A stretch of 43,760 nucleotides of DNA from a virus (taxonomy: Duplodnaviria > Caudoviricetes): positions 1-43,760 of the IMG/VR virus record IMGVR_UViG_3300033485_000035; one strand, 5' to 3'. The position numbers and the translations under genes are program-made. This document shows, piece after piece, positions 26,068-33,563 of this stretch (positions are counted from its first letter, which is position 1; each line of letters starts with the position of its first letter). Below the pieces are notes generated by a model, which saw only the letters and a list, made by a program, of their open reading frames with translations, ran no database searches and was not told the DNA's origin.

Positions 26068-26498
26068 TTCTTGGCCCTCGCTTTGGCCCGCGCACGCCGG
26101 GCCGCGTTGAACTTCCGATACTTCACGCGGCAGGGCAGGCAGATCACGTGCCGGCCGTCCGTTCTCGCGCAGCAGTAAATGCAGAGGCCTGCATCGCGCC
26201 GAGCCTGCTCGCGGGCCTGCTGCGTCTCTCTCTCTTGAACGATGCACTTCGCGCACTTGTAGCGGCTGCCTCGTGCGAGAGGCCGGCCGCACCTGCATCG
26301 GCCCGAGCTGTTCAGCCGGCGCCTCATTTCCTTCGATGATTCTTTCGGGTGAGGCCCGAGCATGCGTGCGGCCTTCACGAAGTGCTCGCGGCGAGGCATC
26401 CTGCTGTCTCCGCTTCCCTTCACCCACTCAACGAACGCGAAGGCGCGGGCCAGGTCCATCCTCGCTCTCCTGTATGCGCGAAAGAACGGCGTGGCCAT
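26064..26498 (-). CDS. Basic Cys-rich (Zn-finger) hypothetical protein
   Basis: CRCG...CAKC and CIYC...CLPC; ATGA-coupled to queE. Confidence 0.65.
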   Translation of the reverse strand: MATPFFRAYRRARMDLARAFAFVEWVKGSGDSRMPRREHFVKAARMLGPHPKESSKEMRRRLNSSGRCRCGRPLARGSRYKCAKCIVQERETQQAREQARRDAGLCIYCCARTDGRHVICLPCRVKYRKFNAARRARAKARAKK

Positions 26499-26499
26499 C

Positions 26500-26781
26500 T
26501 CACGACACGTAGGGCTGCATGATGGCCTGCAGCTTGAGCGCGCCGCGCAGCTTGGCCAGGTAGTACACGGAACGCACCTGCGTGAGCGTGGCCCTCTCGG
26601 CCATCTGAATCAGCTTGGCCTTGTTGCTCATGTCGCTCGCGGCCTTGGCCTTGCCCATCATCTCTCGTTTCAGCTCGCGCCACTCGTCGTTGATCTCCCA
26701 CAGCAGCGCGTACAGGTCGGCATGCTCGTCGGCCGCATCGCGTGCCCGGCCGACTAGGTCGCTCGGGGTTCTCTTGCTCAT
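26500..26781 (-). CDS. Hypothetical helical protein
   Basis: GGAGG RBS; ATGA overlap with the upstream gene. Confidence 0.65.
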   Translation of the reverse strand: MSKRTPSDLVGRARDAADEHADLYALLWEINDEWRELKREMMGKAKAASDMSNKAKLIQMAERATLTQVRSVYYLAKLRGALKLQAIMQPYVS

Positions 26782-27014
26782 CGGTAGATCCTCCGTAAAA
26801 CATCGACCGTGAAGAGGCCCAGGCGCGCATGGAGCGGCCAGGGCGGGGATACCAGCTTGCCGCCAAGGCCGTGCCAGACGCCCAGCTCAGCAGCGAATAC
26901 GATGCGATAGCGCCAGCGCTTGGCCGCGTAGTGCAGTCCGAACAGAGCAGCGAGGATCAAGCCCGCGCGGAGCGCGTCGGGCGCGATGATCCACGTCCAC
27001 CAGGGCTCGTTCAC
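26778..27014 (-). CDS. Small membrane protein
   Basis: GTGA overlap start; TM segment AGLILAALFGLHYA. Confidence 0.55.
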   Translation of the reverse strand: MNEPWWTWIIAPDALRAGLILAALFGLHYAAKRWRYRIVFAAELGVWHGLGGKLVSPPWPLHARLGLFTVDVLRRIYR

Positions 27015-27142
27015 CGCATCTTCCCCATGCCGCAGTCGCGGACGAGCAGCACGAGGCCAAGGATGATCCCCGCTGCCCACAGCAAGGTGACGATCAGCGA
27101 TCCGATCTTGTCGTTCATCAGCGATCCGATCTTGTCGTTCAT
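27011..27142 (-). CDS. 43-aa membrane peptide with duplicated N-terminus
   Basis: GGGGGAG RBS; MNDKIGSL-MNDKIGSL followed by one TM helix. Confidence 0.55.
   Translation of the reverse strand: MNDKIGSLMNDKIGSLIVTLLWAAGIILGLVLLVRDCGMGKMR
27095..27142. repeat. Perfect 24-bp tandem duplication
   Basis: CAGCGATCCGATCTTGTCGTTCAT x2. Confidence 0.95.
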
Positions 27143-27399
27143 GACTCCCCCACGATCCGCGCCAGCGCGGCGTCGTCCATCAGAAGATTGTCCGGGGCAC
27201 TCCCGCCGCGCATCCCTTCGTACCAGTCCCGCACCTTCCGCGCGGCGTCGAGGCGGGCGTCCTCCTCGATGTGCCGCATGTACTCGTCCACCGTCTCTTG
27301 ACTCGGCCACGTCGTCTTACAAGCCGCGCACATCTCGACGTAGGCCACCTTCAGCACGCGCGGGCTTTGCTCGGCGTGACAATACGGGCAGGCGCTCAT
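27139..27399 (-). CDS. Zn-ribbon hypothetical protein
   Basis: MSACPYC...CAAC; ATGA overlaps at both ends. Confidence 0.6.
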   Translation of the reverse strand: MSACPYCHAEQSPRVLKVAYVEMCAACKTTWPSQETVDEYMRHIEEDARLDAARKVRDWYEGMRGGSAPDNLLMDDAALARIVGES

Positions 27400-27872
27400 T
27401 CCTCGCCTCTCCCTTCGCTGACCTCCGCGTAGCAGTTTTCCGTCTCCCACAGGCGCACGCGAACGACGCGCACGCCCTGGCCGGGCTCGAACAGGCCCAG
27501 CCCTTCGCGTAACAGCTCGGGGCCGAGACGCAGTAGATGCTCGGCCATGCCCTCGGCTGTCGGCTGGCCCTTGGGCATCACCCACACTTTCTCCATCGGG
27601 TAGCCTGCGTGCAGGAGGCCGTACGTTTCGAGCAACGGATCGTTGGCCGAGAGAATCAGCTTGTGATCCCAGTTGGCCTCGATCCACTCGCCGTACCGGG
27701 CTTTGAGGACGCCGAAGTCGACGACGCGAGTGAGGCGGTCGAGATGATCGACGGCCGCGACGACGAGGGCCACGTAGTTATGGCCGTGCAGCCAGTTGCA
27801 CTTCGACTCGTGGCCGTAGATTCGATGGCCGGCGCAGAACTGGAAGCGCCGGGCCACGCGGGTCGTGCTCAT
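27396..27872 (-). CDS. queD: 6-carboxy-tetrahydropterin synthase
   Basis: FCAGHRI.GH..KC..LHGHNY, DFG.LK, WDH, PTAE, LWETENCYA. Confidence 0.95.
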   Translation of the reverse strand: MSTTRVARRFQFCAGHRIYGHESKCNWLHGHNYVALVVAAVDHLDRLTRVVDFGVLKARYGEWIEANWDHKLILSANDPLLETYGLLHAGYPMEKVWVMPKGQPTAEGMAEHLLRLGPELLREGLGLFEPGQGVRVVRVRLWETENCYAEVSEGRGEE

Positions 27873-28834
27873 GGGGCCTCCTGGGCGACCTCGTACAGGT
27901 ACTCGCGGAGCGTGCTGGTCGCGTTCTTGTTCGACGACGCGCGGCCCGCGATGCGCAAGCCCGAGAAGAGCGCGGCCTCGACGGCCTCTATCTCGTCGTC
28001 CACGCTCTGGTAGGCCACGAGGACGCGGCACTTGCGGGCCAGCAAGCGCATGATCGTGGTGCGCATGAACTCGCGGAACCGGGCCTCGCCCACAGCGTAC
28101 TCGGCCGGCATCGGCTGCGGCCTCTGCCGAAGCACGCTCATCAGCGTCACGGCATAGAACCCGTAGGCTTGCTCGTTCGTCTTGTGGCGACCCTTGGGCG
28201 TAGGCCAGGCCGGGTCCCAATACACGAGCGCGCCAGCCGCTCGCTCGAAGAACTGCTCGGGCGGGTTGAGGTAGTCGACGGCCCAATGGGCCACGCCGTC
28301 GGGCAGCGGCATGATGAAGCGCTCGATGCGGCGCAGGTGCCTGAGCACTTCGCGCTTGAGCGTGGCCGTGTCCATGTCGCGGGTGCCAAGGAAGCACGAG
28401 TACATGGGCGCACGTTGAGTGATCGCGGCCGCGAGGCCGAGCAGAGCGAAAGAGCTGCCTCGATGCGTAGCGCAGTAAGCGTCGATGAACGCGGCCGTGT
28501 CGGGCCTGAACTCGCGGGCCAGCTTGGGCGACTGCGAGACGAACCCGGGCTTGGGTTGCACGTACTCGACGAGGGCCTTGATCGCGGCCTCCGTGTGACG
28601 CGGCCCGTATAGGGCCTCCGCGATCAAGTGCGGGTACGGGCTCACGTCATTCAAGACGAGCGAGCGGGTGCCGTATCGGTGCACGAAGTGGCTAGCCACA
28701 GAGCCGCCGCCGGCCGTCATGTCGACGAAGCGCGGCACTCGCGCCCGGCCAAGCAGCGAGCAGAACAGGTGCAGGTACGGGGCCTTGTTGCCCAGGTACG
28801 GCACGCTGAAATGCTTGGGCGCGGCGGCCGTCAT
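27869..28834 (-). CDS. Dam/D12-class DNA amino-methyltransferase-like protein with atypical motif IV (DPAW)
   Basis: PYLGNK, FVDMTAGGGSV, LNDVS, LVYWDPAW, REYLY. Confidence 0.8.
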   Translation of the reverse strand: MTAAAPKHFSVPYLGNKAPYLHLFCSLLGRARVPRFVDMTAGGGSVASHFVHRYGTRSLVLNDVSPYPHLIAEALYGPRHTEAAIKALVEYVQPKPGFVSQSPKLAREFRPDTAAFIDAYCATHRGSSFALLGLAAAITQRAPMYSCFLGTRDMDTATLKREVLRHLRRIERFIMPLPDGVAHWAVDYLNPPEQFFERAAGALVYWDPAWPTPKGRHKTNEQAYGFYAVTLMSVLRQRPQPMPAEYAVGEARFREFMRTTIMRLLARKCRVLVAYQSVDDEIEAVEAALFSGLRIAGRASSNKNATSTLREYLYEVAQEAP

Positions 28835-29580
28835 CGCAGCTCGCTCCCCTGCTGCTGGGCCAGGTACTGAGGCCAGAGGTGAGACTTGCGCGGCGGCTTG
28901 AGGTAGCGCGTGGGATCGCGCTTACCGAGCAGGTGCCAGGCCACAGCGCGTTCGACGCACTTGTAGCACAGGCCGCAGTGCACGGCCGAGTCGGCCAGGC
29001 AGTTAGTCGTCAGGCCCATGATCTTGCGGCCCATCGTCGAGAGGCCTAGCTCGAGGCGGTCCTTCTTGAAGCGTGCTGGCCGGCCGAAGTCCGAGAGCGT
29101 GAGCAGGCGGTAGGCCGGCCCCCACTCGTGCCACAGGTACGCGACGAGGGCGCGCGTGTCGGCATCGGCGGCCGCGACGTGATCCTGCACCACCCACGTG
29201 TCAGCGCCCACGTACTCGCCCATGCCGATCGTGCCGGCCGGTCCGCAGCAGCGCGTGATCACGTAGTCGATCAGGTAGCGGTTGCGGCGGGGGATCTCGC
29301 CCTTGGCCGTGAAGGCCGAGAGATCGAGGCCGTCATAGGCCATGTAGTTGTAGAGCAGGCGGCGCTGGGCCGGCAACGCGCGCTGAATCTCGGCCCATAT
29401 GCGCTCGCGCGCGCGGGCCTCGCGGGCCGCCATGCGCGGGGCCGAGATAGAGTAGAACGGCACGGAGATGACCTGGGCCGGGATGCCGGCCTCGATCATC
29501 AGGCCGATGAGGGCGGTCGAGTCGATGCCGCCCGACCAGAGCACGTAGGGCGTATGGCCGCCACGCCAGAGCCGCTTCAC
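28831..29580 (-). CDS. queC: QueC-like PP-loop ATPase (7-cyano-7-deazaguanine synthase family, divergent)
   Basis: WSGGIDST, IPRRN, C-x7-CGLCYKC..R, DPTRY. Confidence 0.82.
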   Translation of the reverse strand: MKRLWRGGHTPYVLWSGGIDSTALIGLMIEAGIPAQVISVPFYSISAPRMAAREARARERIWAEIQRALPAQRRLLYNYMAYDGLDLSAFTAKGEIPRRNRYLIDYVITRCCGPAGTIGMGEYVGADTWVVQDHVAAADADTRALVAYLWHEWGPAYRLLTLSDFGRPARFKKDRLELGLSTMGRKIMGLTTNCLADSAVHCGLCYKCVERAVAWHLLGKRDPTRYLKPPRKSHLWPQYLAQQQGSELR

Positions 29581-30176
29581 AGCTCGGCCTCCTCGAGGTC
29601 AGCGTAGCGTGGCTTGATCGGCCGGCGCACGGCGGTCAGCTCGCGCGCTAGAACCCAATCGTCGAAGCGCGAGCACTTGGGCACGGCCGTCGAGAAGCGC
29701 TTGCGCGCGACGACGTGCGAGCCTGCGCCCATGTCCTTCAGCCGCTCGGCCAGCGAGACGTCGCCCGAGCCGAGGCCGGTCACGATGATGCGGGCCGCGA
29801 AGAGCAAGGCCGCGTGGCAGGCCCGGCGCACGAACTGCCGTTCGTCCTCGGCCGACCATCGGCGCGCGAAGTCGGGTGCCGATTCGGGGAACAGCGGCCG
29901 GCCGTCCACGATCGTCGGAGTGCCGAGGTACATAGCCTCGACGCCCCGGTACAGCTCGGGCTCTGCGATCGTCAGCCAACCGAAGCGCGAGAGGGCCGAG
30001 AGGAGGGCCGGTGAGGCACCGCACGGCAGCCAGATCACGGCCGGCTTGGTACGGGGCGGTCCAAGCGCTGCGATGATCTCAGGCCAGATCAGGGACTGCC
30101 CACCCGGGTGATCGTCGACAAGGCCCAAGGCCGCCCGCAAGAGGTCAGGGTTGAGGAGTTGCTTCGTTGATCGCAC
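29577..30176 (-). CDS. Hypothetical protein, probable degenerate Dam-like Rossmann fold
   Basis: HPGGQSLI (~YPGGK), IWLPCGAS (~EPFAGS) and AMYLGTP (~VYLDPP) occur in alpha-class order. Confidence 0.55.
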   Translation of the reverse strand: MRSTKQLLNPDLLRAALGLVDDHPGGQSLIWPEIIAALGPPRTKPAVIWLPCGASPALLSALSRFGWLTIAEPELYRGVEAMYLGTPTIVDGRPLFPESAPDFARRWSAEDERQFVRRACHAALLFAARIIVTGLGSGDVSLAERLKDMGAGSHVVARKRFSTAVPKCSRFDDWVLARELTAVRRPIKPRYADLEEAEL

Positions 30177-30981
30177 GTCTCGCCTCGATGGCCTCCATGA
30201 CGGGGCGCCACTTCTCGCGCGCCCGCGCTTCGAGGCTCAGGTAGTAGTTGAACTCGGCCCGCAGGTTTTGGCTCGAACCGCGCAGGCTCATCTTGCCGAA
30301 GGCGCGCCAGTTTCCAGAGCGACACGGCCCGGCCTCCCAGCTCGTCGCGTCGACAGAGTGCCAGGGGTAGGCCATGAGCATGCGCTCCGTCGCCGTGCCG
30401 AAGCCGTGCACACGCGTCGGCCCCGCTGCGCGCCAGATGCGGGAGAAGCAGGCGGCCACGTACTCGTACTTAGCCTCGCCGCGCAGGTCGGCCATGCCGC
30501 CGATCGCGATCTTCGGGTAGTCGCGCGCGAGCGCTTCGAGCTGCGCCCAAGGCTCGTGGCGATGGAAGGCGGGGACGGCCTTGACGCCTGCAGCCCACAT
30601 GGCCTCGGCGTTCTTGATCGAAGCCCGCCAGTCGCCGATCACGTCGAGCGCGAACACGTCGACGAGCGTGGGATCAACGGCCAGGATGCGCTTGGCCACG
30701 TCGATGTACTCGGCCAGCTCGATACGGATGCCCCGAGAACGGGCCGAGAACGCGCCCGAGTCGAGCGCCCAATCTCGGTACGCGTACAGGTGTTGGCCGT
30801 TGAGCCAGTGCCTGAGGTAGACGAACGAGATGAGGAGGCCCGGGTAAAGCAGCGGCCCCGAGTCGATCTTGTCGCGGCGGTTCGGGTAGCGTCGAGCGCC
30901 CCCCGGCGCAGGCCCGAAGAGAGCGCCGAACGCGGCCAGCCGCAGCGTTGGCGGCCCGAGCTTTTCAGCCGCCTGCGTCAT
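30145..30981 (-). CDS. dpdA: DNA deazaguanine transglycosylase (TGT family)
   Basis: LLISF, LDSGAFS, LDVIGD, PAFH, IAIGG, VHGFG, HSVDATSW; clustered with que/fol genes. Confidence 0.9.
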   Translation of the reverse strand: MTQAAEKLGPPTLRLAAFGALFGPAPGGARRYPNRRDKIDSGPLLYPGLLISFVYLRHWLNGQHLYAYRDWALDSGAFSARSRGIRIELAEYIDVAKRILAVDPTLVDVFALDVIGDWRASIKNAEAMWAAGVKAVPAFHRHEPWAQLEALARDYPKIAIGGMADLRGEAKYEYVAACFSRIWRAAGPTRVHGFGTATERMLMAYPWHSVDATSWEAGPCRSGNWRAFGKMSLRGSSQNLRAEFNYYLSLEARAREKWRPVMEAIEARRAINEATPQP

Positions 30982-31610
30982 GCGGCCGTCGTGGGTGTGA
31001 AAGCCTGCACGTAATAGAGGCACACGGCCGTGATGGCGTCGGCATCGCTAAGGCCAGGCTTCGAAGCGCGGGCACGCGCGATGGCCTCAACGAAGATCGC
31101 GTACTGGTCGGCGTTCAGCTTGGGCATGACGTGGTGGCCAAAGTCGGCCATCTTCTGCTCCTCAGCGCTGGGGTCTACGGCCGGCGGCTGCCAGTCAGCC
31201 GTGACGAGCGGGTTGATCACGTAGTCGGGCCAAACGAGCTTGTGCACGGCGGCCTCGTCAGTCTCGAGGATCTTGAATAGCTGGGCCAGGATCGCCGAGT
31301 CCTGCTCGGCCATGCCGGCGAGCGGGTCAAGCGTCGCGATTGCCTCGCGCGCTTCGGCTTCGTCGAGATCGACGACGAGCACCGGCACGAGCTCTTCGGG
31401 CTCAAGCCCGGCCCGGAGGTGGCCGTCGATGATCTGCAGGTCGCCCCCGGTCGTCTCGCGCACGATCAGGGCGTCGATGAAGCCGAGCCGTTCGATCGCA
31501 GCCCGCAGCGCGGTGGCCTGCGCGGCCGGGTGCGTGCGCCAGTTGAGCGGGTGCGGCTGCAGCGAGCCGGCCTTCACGCGCAGCAGTCGAGTGATCCGAT
31601 CTCTGGCCAT
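30978..31610 (-). CDS. ParB/Srx N-terminal domain protein
   Basis: LQPHPLNWRTH, L..AI..LGFIDALIV, IIDGHLR, VPVLVVDL. Confidence 0.88.
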   Translation of the reverse strand: MARDRITRLLRVKAGSLQPHPLNWRTHPAAQATALRAAIERLGFIDALIVRETTGGDLQIIDGHLRAGLEPEELVPVLVVDLDEAEAREAIATLDPLAGMAEQDSAILAQLFKILETDEAAVHKLVWPDYVINPLVTADWQPPAVDPSAEEQKMADFGHHVMPKLNADQYAIFVEAIARARASKPGLSDADAITAVCLYYVQAFTPTTAA

Positions 31611-31715
31611 CAGCGCCTCCATGTGAGCACGGGCCGGGGGCCGCCGCCGCCGAGATGTCCATCGTTCATCCCTTGGTGGCCCGAGCGATGCCTTGAAACC
31701 CGGCCCGCTGCTGGA

Positions 31716-31744
31716 ACCCTATCGCCGCTCGCTGCGGCGGGCAA
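31716..31744 (-). promoter_or_regulatory. Candidate sigma70 promoter of the modification/packaging operon
   Basis: TTGCCC-N17-TAGGGT in the non-coding gap. Confidence 0.45.
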
Positions 31745-31837
31745 GAAGTTTCTTCGGCTGCGCCGTAACGTCAAGGGTGCGCTCGGGTTGGCCTGTGCAG
31801 GACGAAAGAAATGCCAGCCGAATACTTTTCTGATGTA

Positions 31838-31870
31838 CGCGTAAGCGTGGCCCGGGCAGCGAGTTACGCG
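31838..31870. promoter_or_regulatory. Palindromic CGTAA-N19-TTACG site (IHF-like)
   Basis: CGCGTAA...TTACGCG; same 29-bp geometry as 40416-40444. Confidence 0.45.
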
Positions 31871-31887
31871 CTGCAAGAATGGGCCTC

Positions 31888-33336
31888 TCATTCTTGCACT
31901 GCTTTGGCGAGCACGTCTCGCAGGCGGGCGGGCATGAACGTGGAGCGGCGGTTGTCGGCGGCCGAAGCCCGTTCCGCTGCAGCAGCCCCGGCGTTCGCGC
32001 GCTTCTCGCGGTACGTGTCCTCGAGGTAGGCGTGGGCCGAGTCGGGCGGGTCGCCTCGTTCGAGGCGCAGGGAGAGAGCAAGTAGGGCTGCGAGCATGGC
32101 GGGCGGGAAGCGACGGCGCTTGAGAGAGAGGCCCCACCAAGCTCCCGGGTCGAAGGCATCGGGTGGACGGAGTGCTCGGATGCGGTCGATGGTAGCAGTG
32201 GCAGCGCGGTCGAAGGCGTGTGGGTCGCGCTCGCGAATCGAGGCAATAGAGTCAGCATCGGGCCGCGCTATCAGCGCGGGAAGGGGGCGGGCGTCTTTCT
32301 GCGAGCTTCTATTGCTCTCTTCCTGCTCTTCGAGCAGCAAGAGAGCGCTCATGTTATCTTGATCTCTTCTCTCTGTAAGTCTATTTAAGTCACGAGAGGG
32401 CACCGAATCGTCGCAAGGTGAAGGGCCGCAGTCGGTTACGCTGCCTGAAAACGTTTTCACAGCTGGATGTTCACCACCACCAGGCTGGATGTTTACCACC
32501 ACCGGTGCGGGCTGGGGCTGGCCCGGGAGGATGTTCGCCACCACCGCCGAGGATGTTCGCCGCCACGAGGGGCCTCGCGTCACGGCCCGGCCCGGCCGCT
32601 CGGGCGCGGGCAGCGGGGGATCCAACGCGGCCGCCTCAGCCACCCTGCCGCCCTGCCCTGCCCTGCCGCCCTGCCCTGCCGCGCCGCCTGGGGAGGGAAG
32701 GGGAGAGCGCGACTCAAGAGCACTACACCAAGGAGTAGCGTTCGCGGGGGTGTCTCTCCGCTCGCTGGGGACCCCAGGGGACCGTCTCGCGGAGGGGGGT
32801 GACGCAGCATACGCGGGGGGAGCTGAGACGGCGTCTAGAGTCCCCTGTAGAGCGCACAGCCCGCTTGAGAGCGCCCGCTCTGCGCAGAGCGGGGGACTTG
32901 CTGCGCTCTGCGCTGCGCGCTCGCTCTGCGCGCTCGCTCTGCGCTCTGCGCTCGCTCTGCGACGAGTCGACGAAGCGCTCGCTCGCTCGCTCGCTCGATC
33001 GCCTGACTCCCCGAGCACGAGCGCGCGCTCCGTCGCGGCCCGGTGCTGCGCGAGCCGGTCCGGGCCCACGCGATCGAACAGGGCCAGGATGGGCGCGAAG
33101 AACGCGACCAGGACCTGCCGGCGCACGGACCACGCCGTACCAGCCCGACCGCCCACTGGCTTCCCGACCAGGCGGGCCAGCTCGTGCGGGTCCTCAGGGA
33201 TCCAGCCCTGCCGGAACTGGACACACAGGAGCCGCAAGTACGCGGCCTCCTGCGCTAGAGTGAGCCCGGCCACGCCGGCCGAGCCGTAGAAGTCCCCGTA
33301 CCAGAAGCGCATCCATTTCGCGCGATGGCCCGCCAT
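31888..33336 (-). CDS. Replication initiator (DUF1376/YdaU-like N-terminal HTH)
   Basis: GGAGG RBS; WMRFWYGDF...LTLAQEAAYLRLLC.Q...GWIP.D..ELARL; low-complexity middle carrying iterons. Confidence 0.8.
   Translation of the reverse strand: MAGHRAKWMRFWYGDFYGSAGVAGLTLAQEAAYLRLLCVQFRQGWIPEDPHELARLVGKPVGGRAGTAWSVRRQVLVAFFAPILALFDRVGPDRLAQHRAATERALVLGESGDRASERASASSTRRRASAERRASAQSERAAQSAASPPLCAERALSSGLCALQGTLDAVSAPPAYAASPPSARRSPGVPSERRDTPANATPWCSALESRSPLPSPGGAAGQGGRAGQGGRVAEAAALDPPLPAPERPGRAVTRGPSWRRTSSAVVANILPGQPQPAPVVVNIQPGGGEHPAVKTFSGSVTDCGPSPCDDSVPSRDLNRLTERRDQDNMSALLLLEEQEESNRSSQKDARPLPALIARPDADSIASIRERDPHAFDRAATATIDRIRALRPPDAFDPGAWWGLSLKRRRFPPAMLAALLALSLRLERGDPPDSAHAYLEDTYREKRANAGAAAAERASAADNRRSTFMPARLRDVLAKAVQE
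32462..32566. repeat. Four iteron-like direct repeats (putative origin)
   Basis: GGATGTTYRCCRCCAC at 32465, 32487, 32529 and 32551 (spacings 22/42/22), next to an AT-richer tract at ~32345-32395. Confidence 0.75.
32643..32678. repeat. 18-bp tandem repeat inside the initiator gene
   Basis: CCCTGCCGCCCTGCCCTG x2. Confidence 0.85.
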
Positions 33337-33375
33337 GCTCCCTCCTGCCAACGACTTACGGCCCCTCGATCGCTG

Positions 33376-33404
33376 AAGCTAGCGCCGGGGGGAGCACTGG
33401 TCAA
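33376..33404 (-). promoter_or_regulatory. sigma70-like promoter for the replication initiator
   Basis: TTGACC-N17-TAGCTT, 40 bp upstream of the ATG. Confidence 0.7.
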
Positions 33405-33406
33405 CA

Positions 33407-33448
33407 CGATTTTTCGTATTGACGGCGCATAGCGCGGCCCGGCATGCT
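33407..33448 (+). promoter_or_regulatory. 22-bp motif / divergent promoter
   Basis: CGATTTTTCGTATTGACGGCGC; TTGACG-N18-CATGCT. Confidence 0.5.
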
Positions 33449-33563
33449 CGGGCTTGCGAGAGGACAGCCGAGACACGGGCCTTCTCGCTCGGCTTCGATC
33501 GACTCCGCGCCGCTCGGCTCCCTCCGGCGCTGCGAGAGCACGATTGGCCGGGCAGAGGCAGAG

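Noticed and set aside
24591-28397. Long N-terminal extensions in the ORF track (24591..25532, 24845..25948, 25423..26427, 27396..28397)
   Set aside because: They overlap upstream genes in other frames; true starts are at the stop/start couplings where family motifs begin.
30145-30981. tRNA-guanine transglycosylase / queuosine auxiliary metabolic genes
   Set aside because: Motif pattern and context fit phage DpdA for DNA modification; no queF, queA or tRNA genes.
30978-31610. ParB as evidence of a phage-plasmid partition system
   Set aside because: Only the N-terminal domain is recognisable, there is no ParA, and it is coupled to dpdA.
32462-32566. Repeats as a CRISPR mini-array
   Set aside because: Repeats are ~16-20 bp with very short, uneven spacers, inside a CDS, and there are no cas genes; iterons fit better.
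32975-32998. (GCTC)n resemblance to the AAV Rep-binding element
   Set aside because: No HUH Rep in the genome; the similarity is likely coincidental low complexity.
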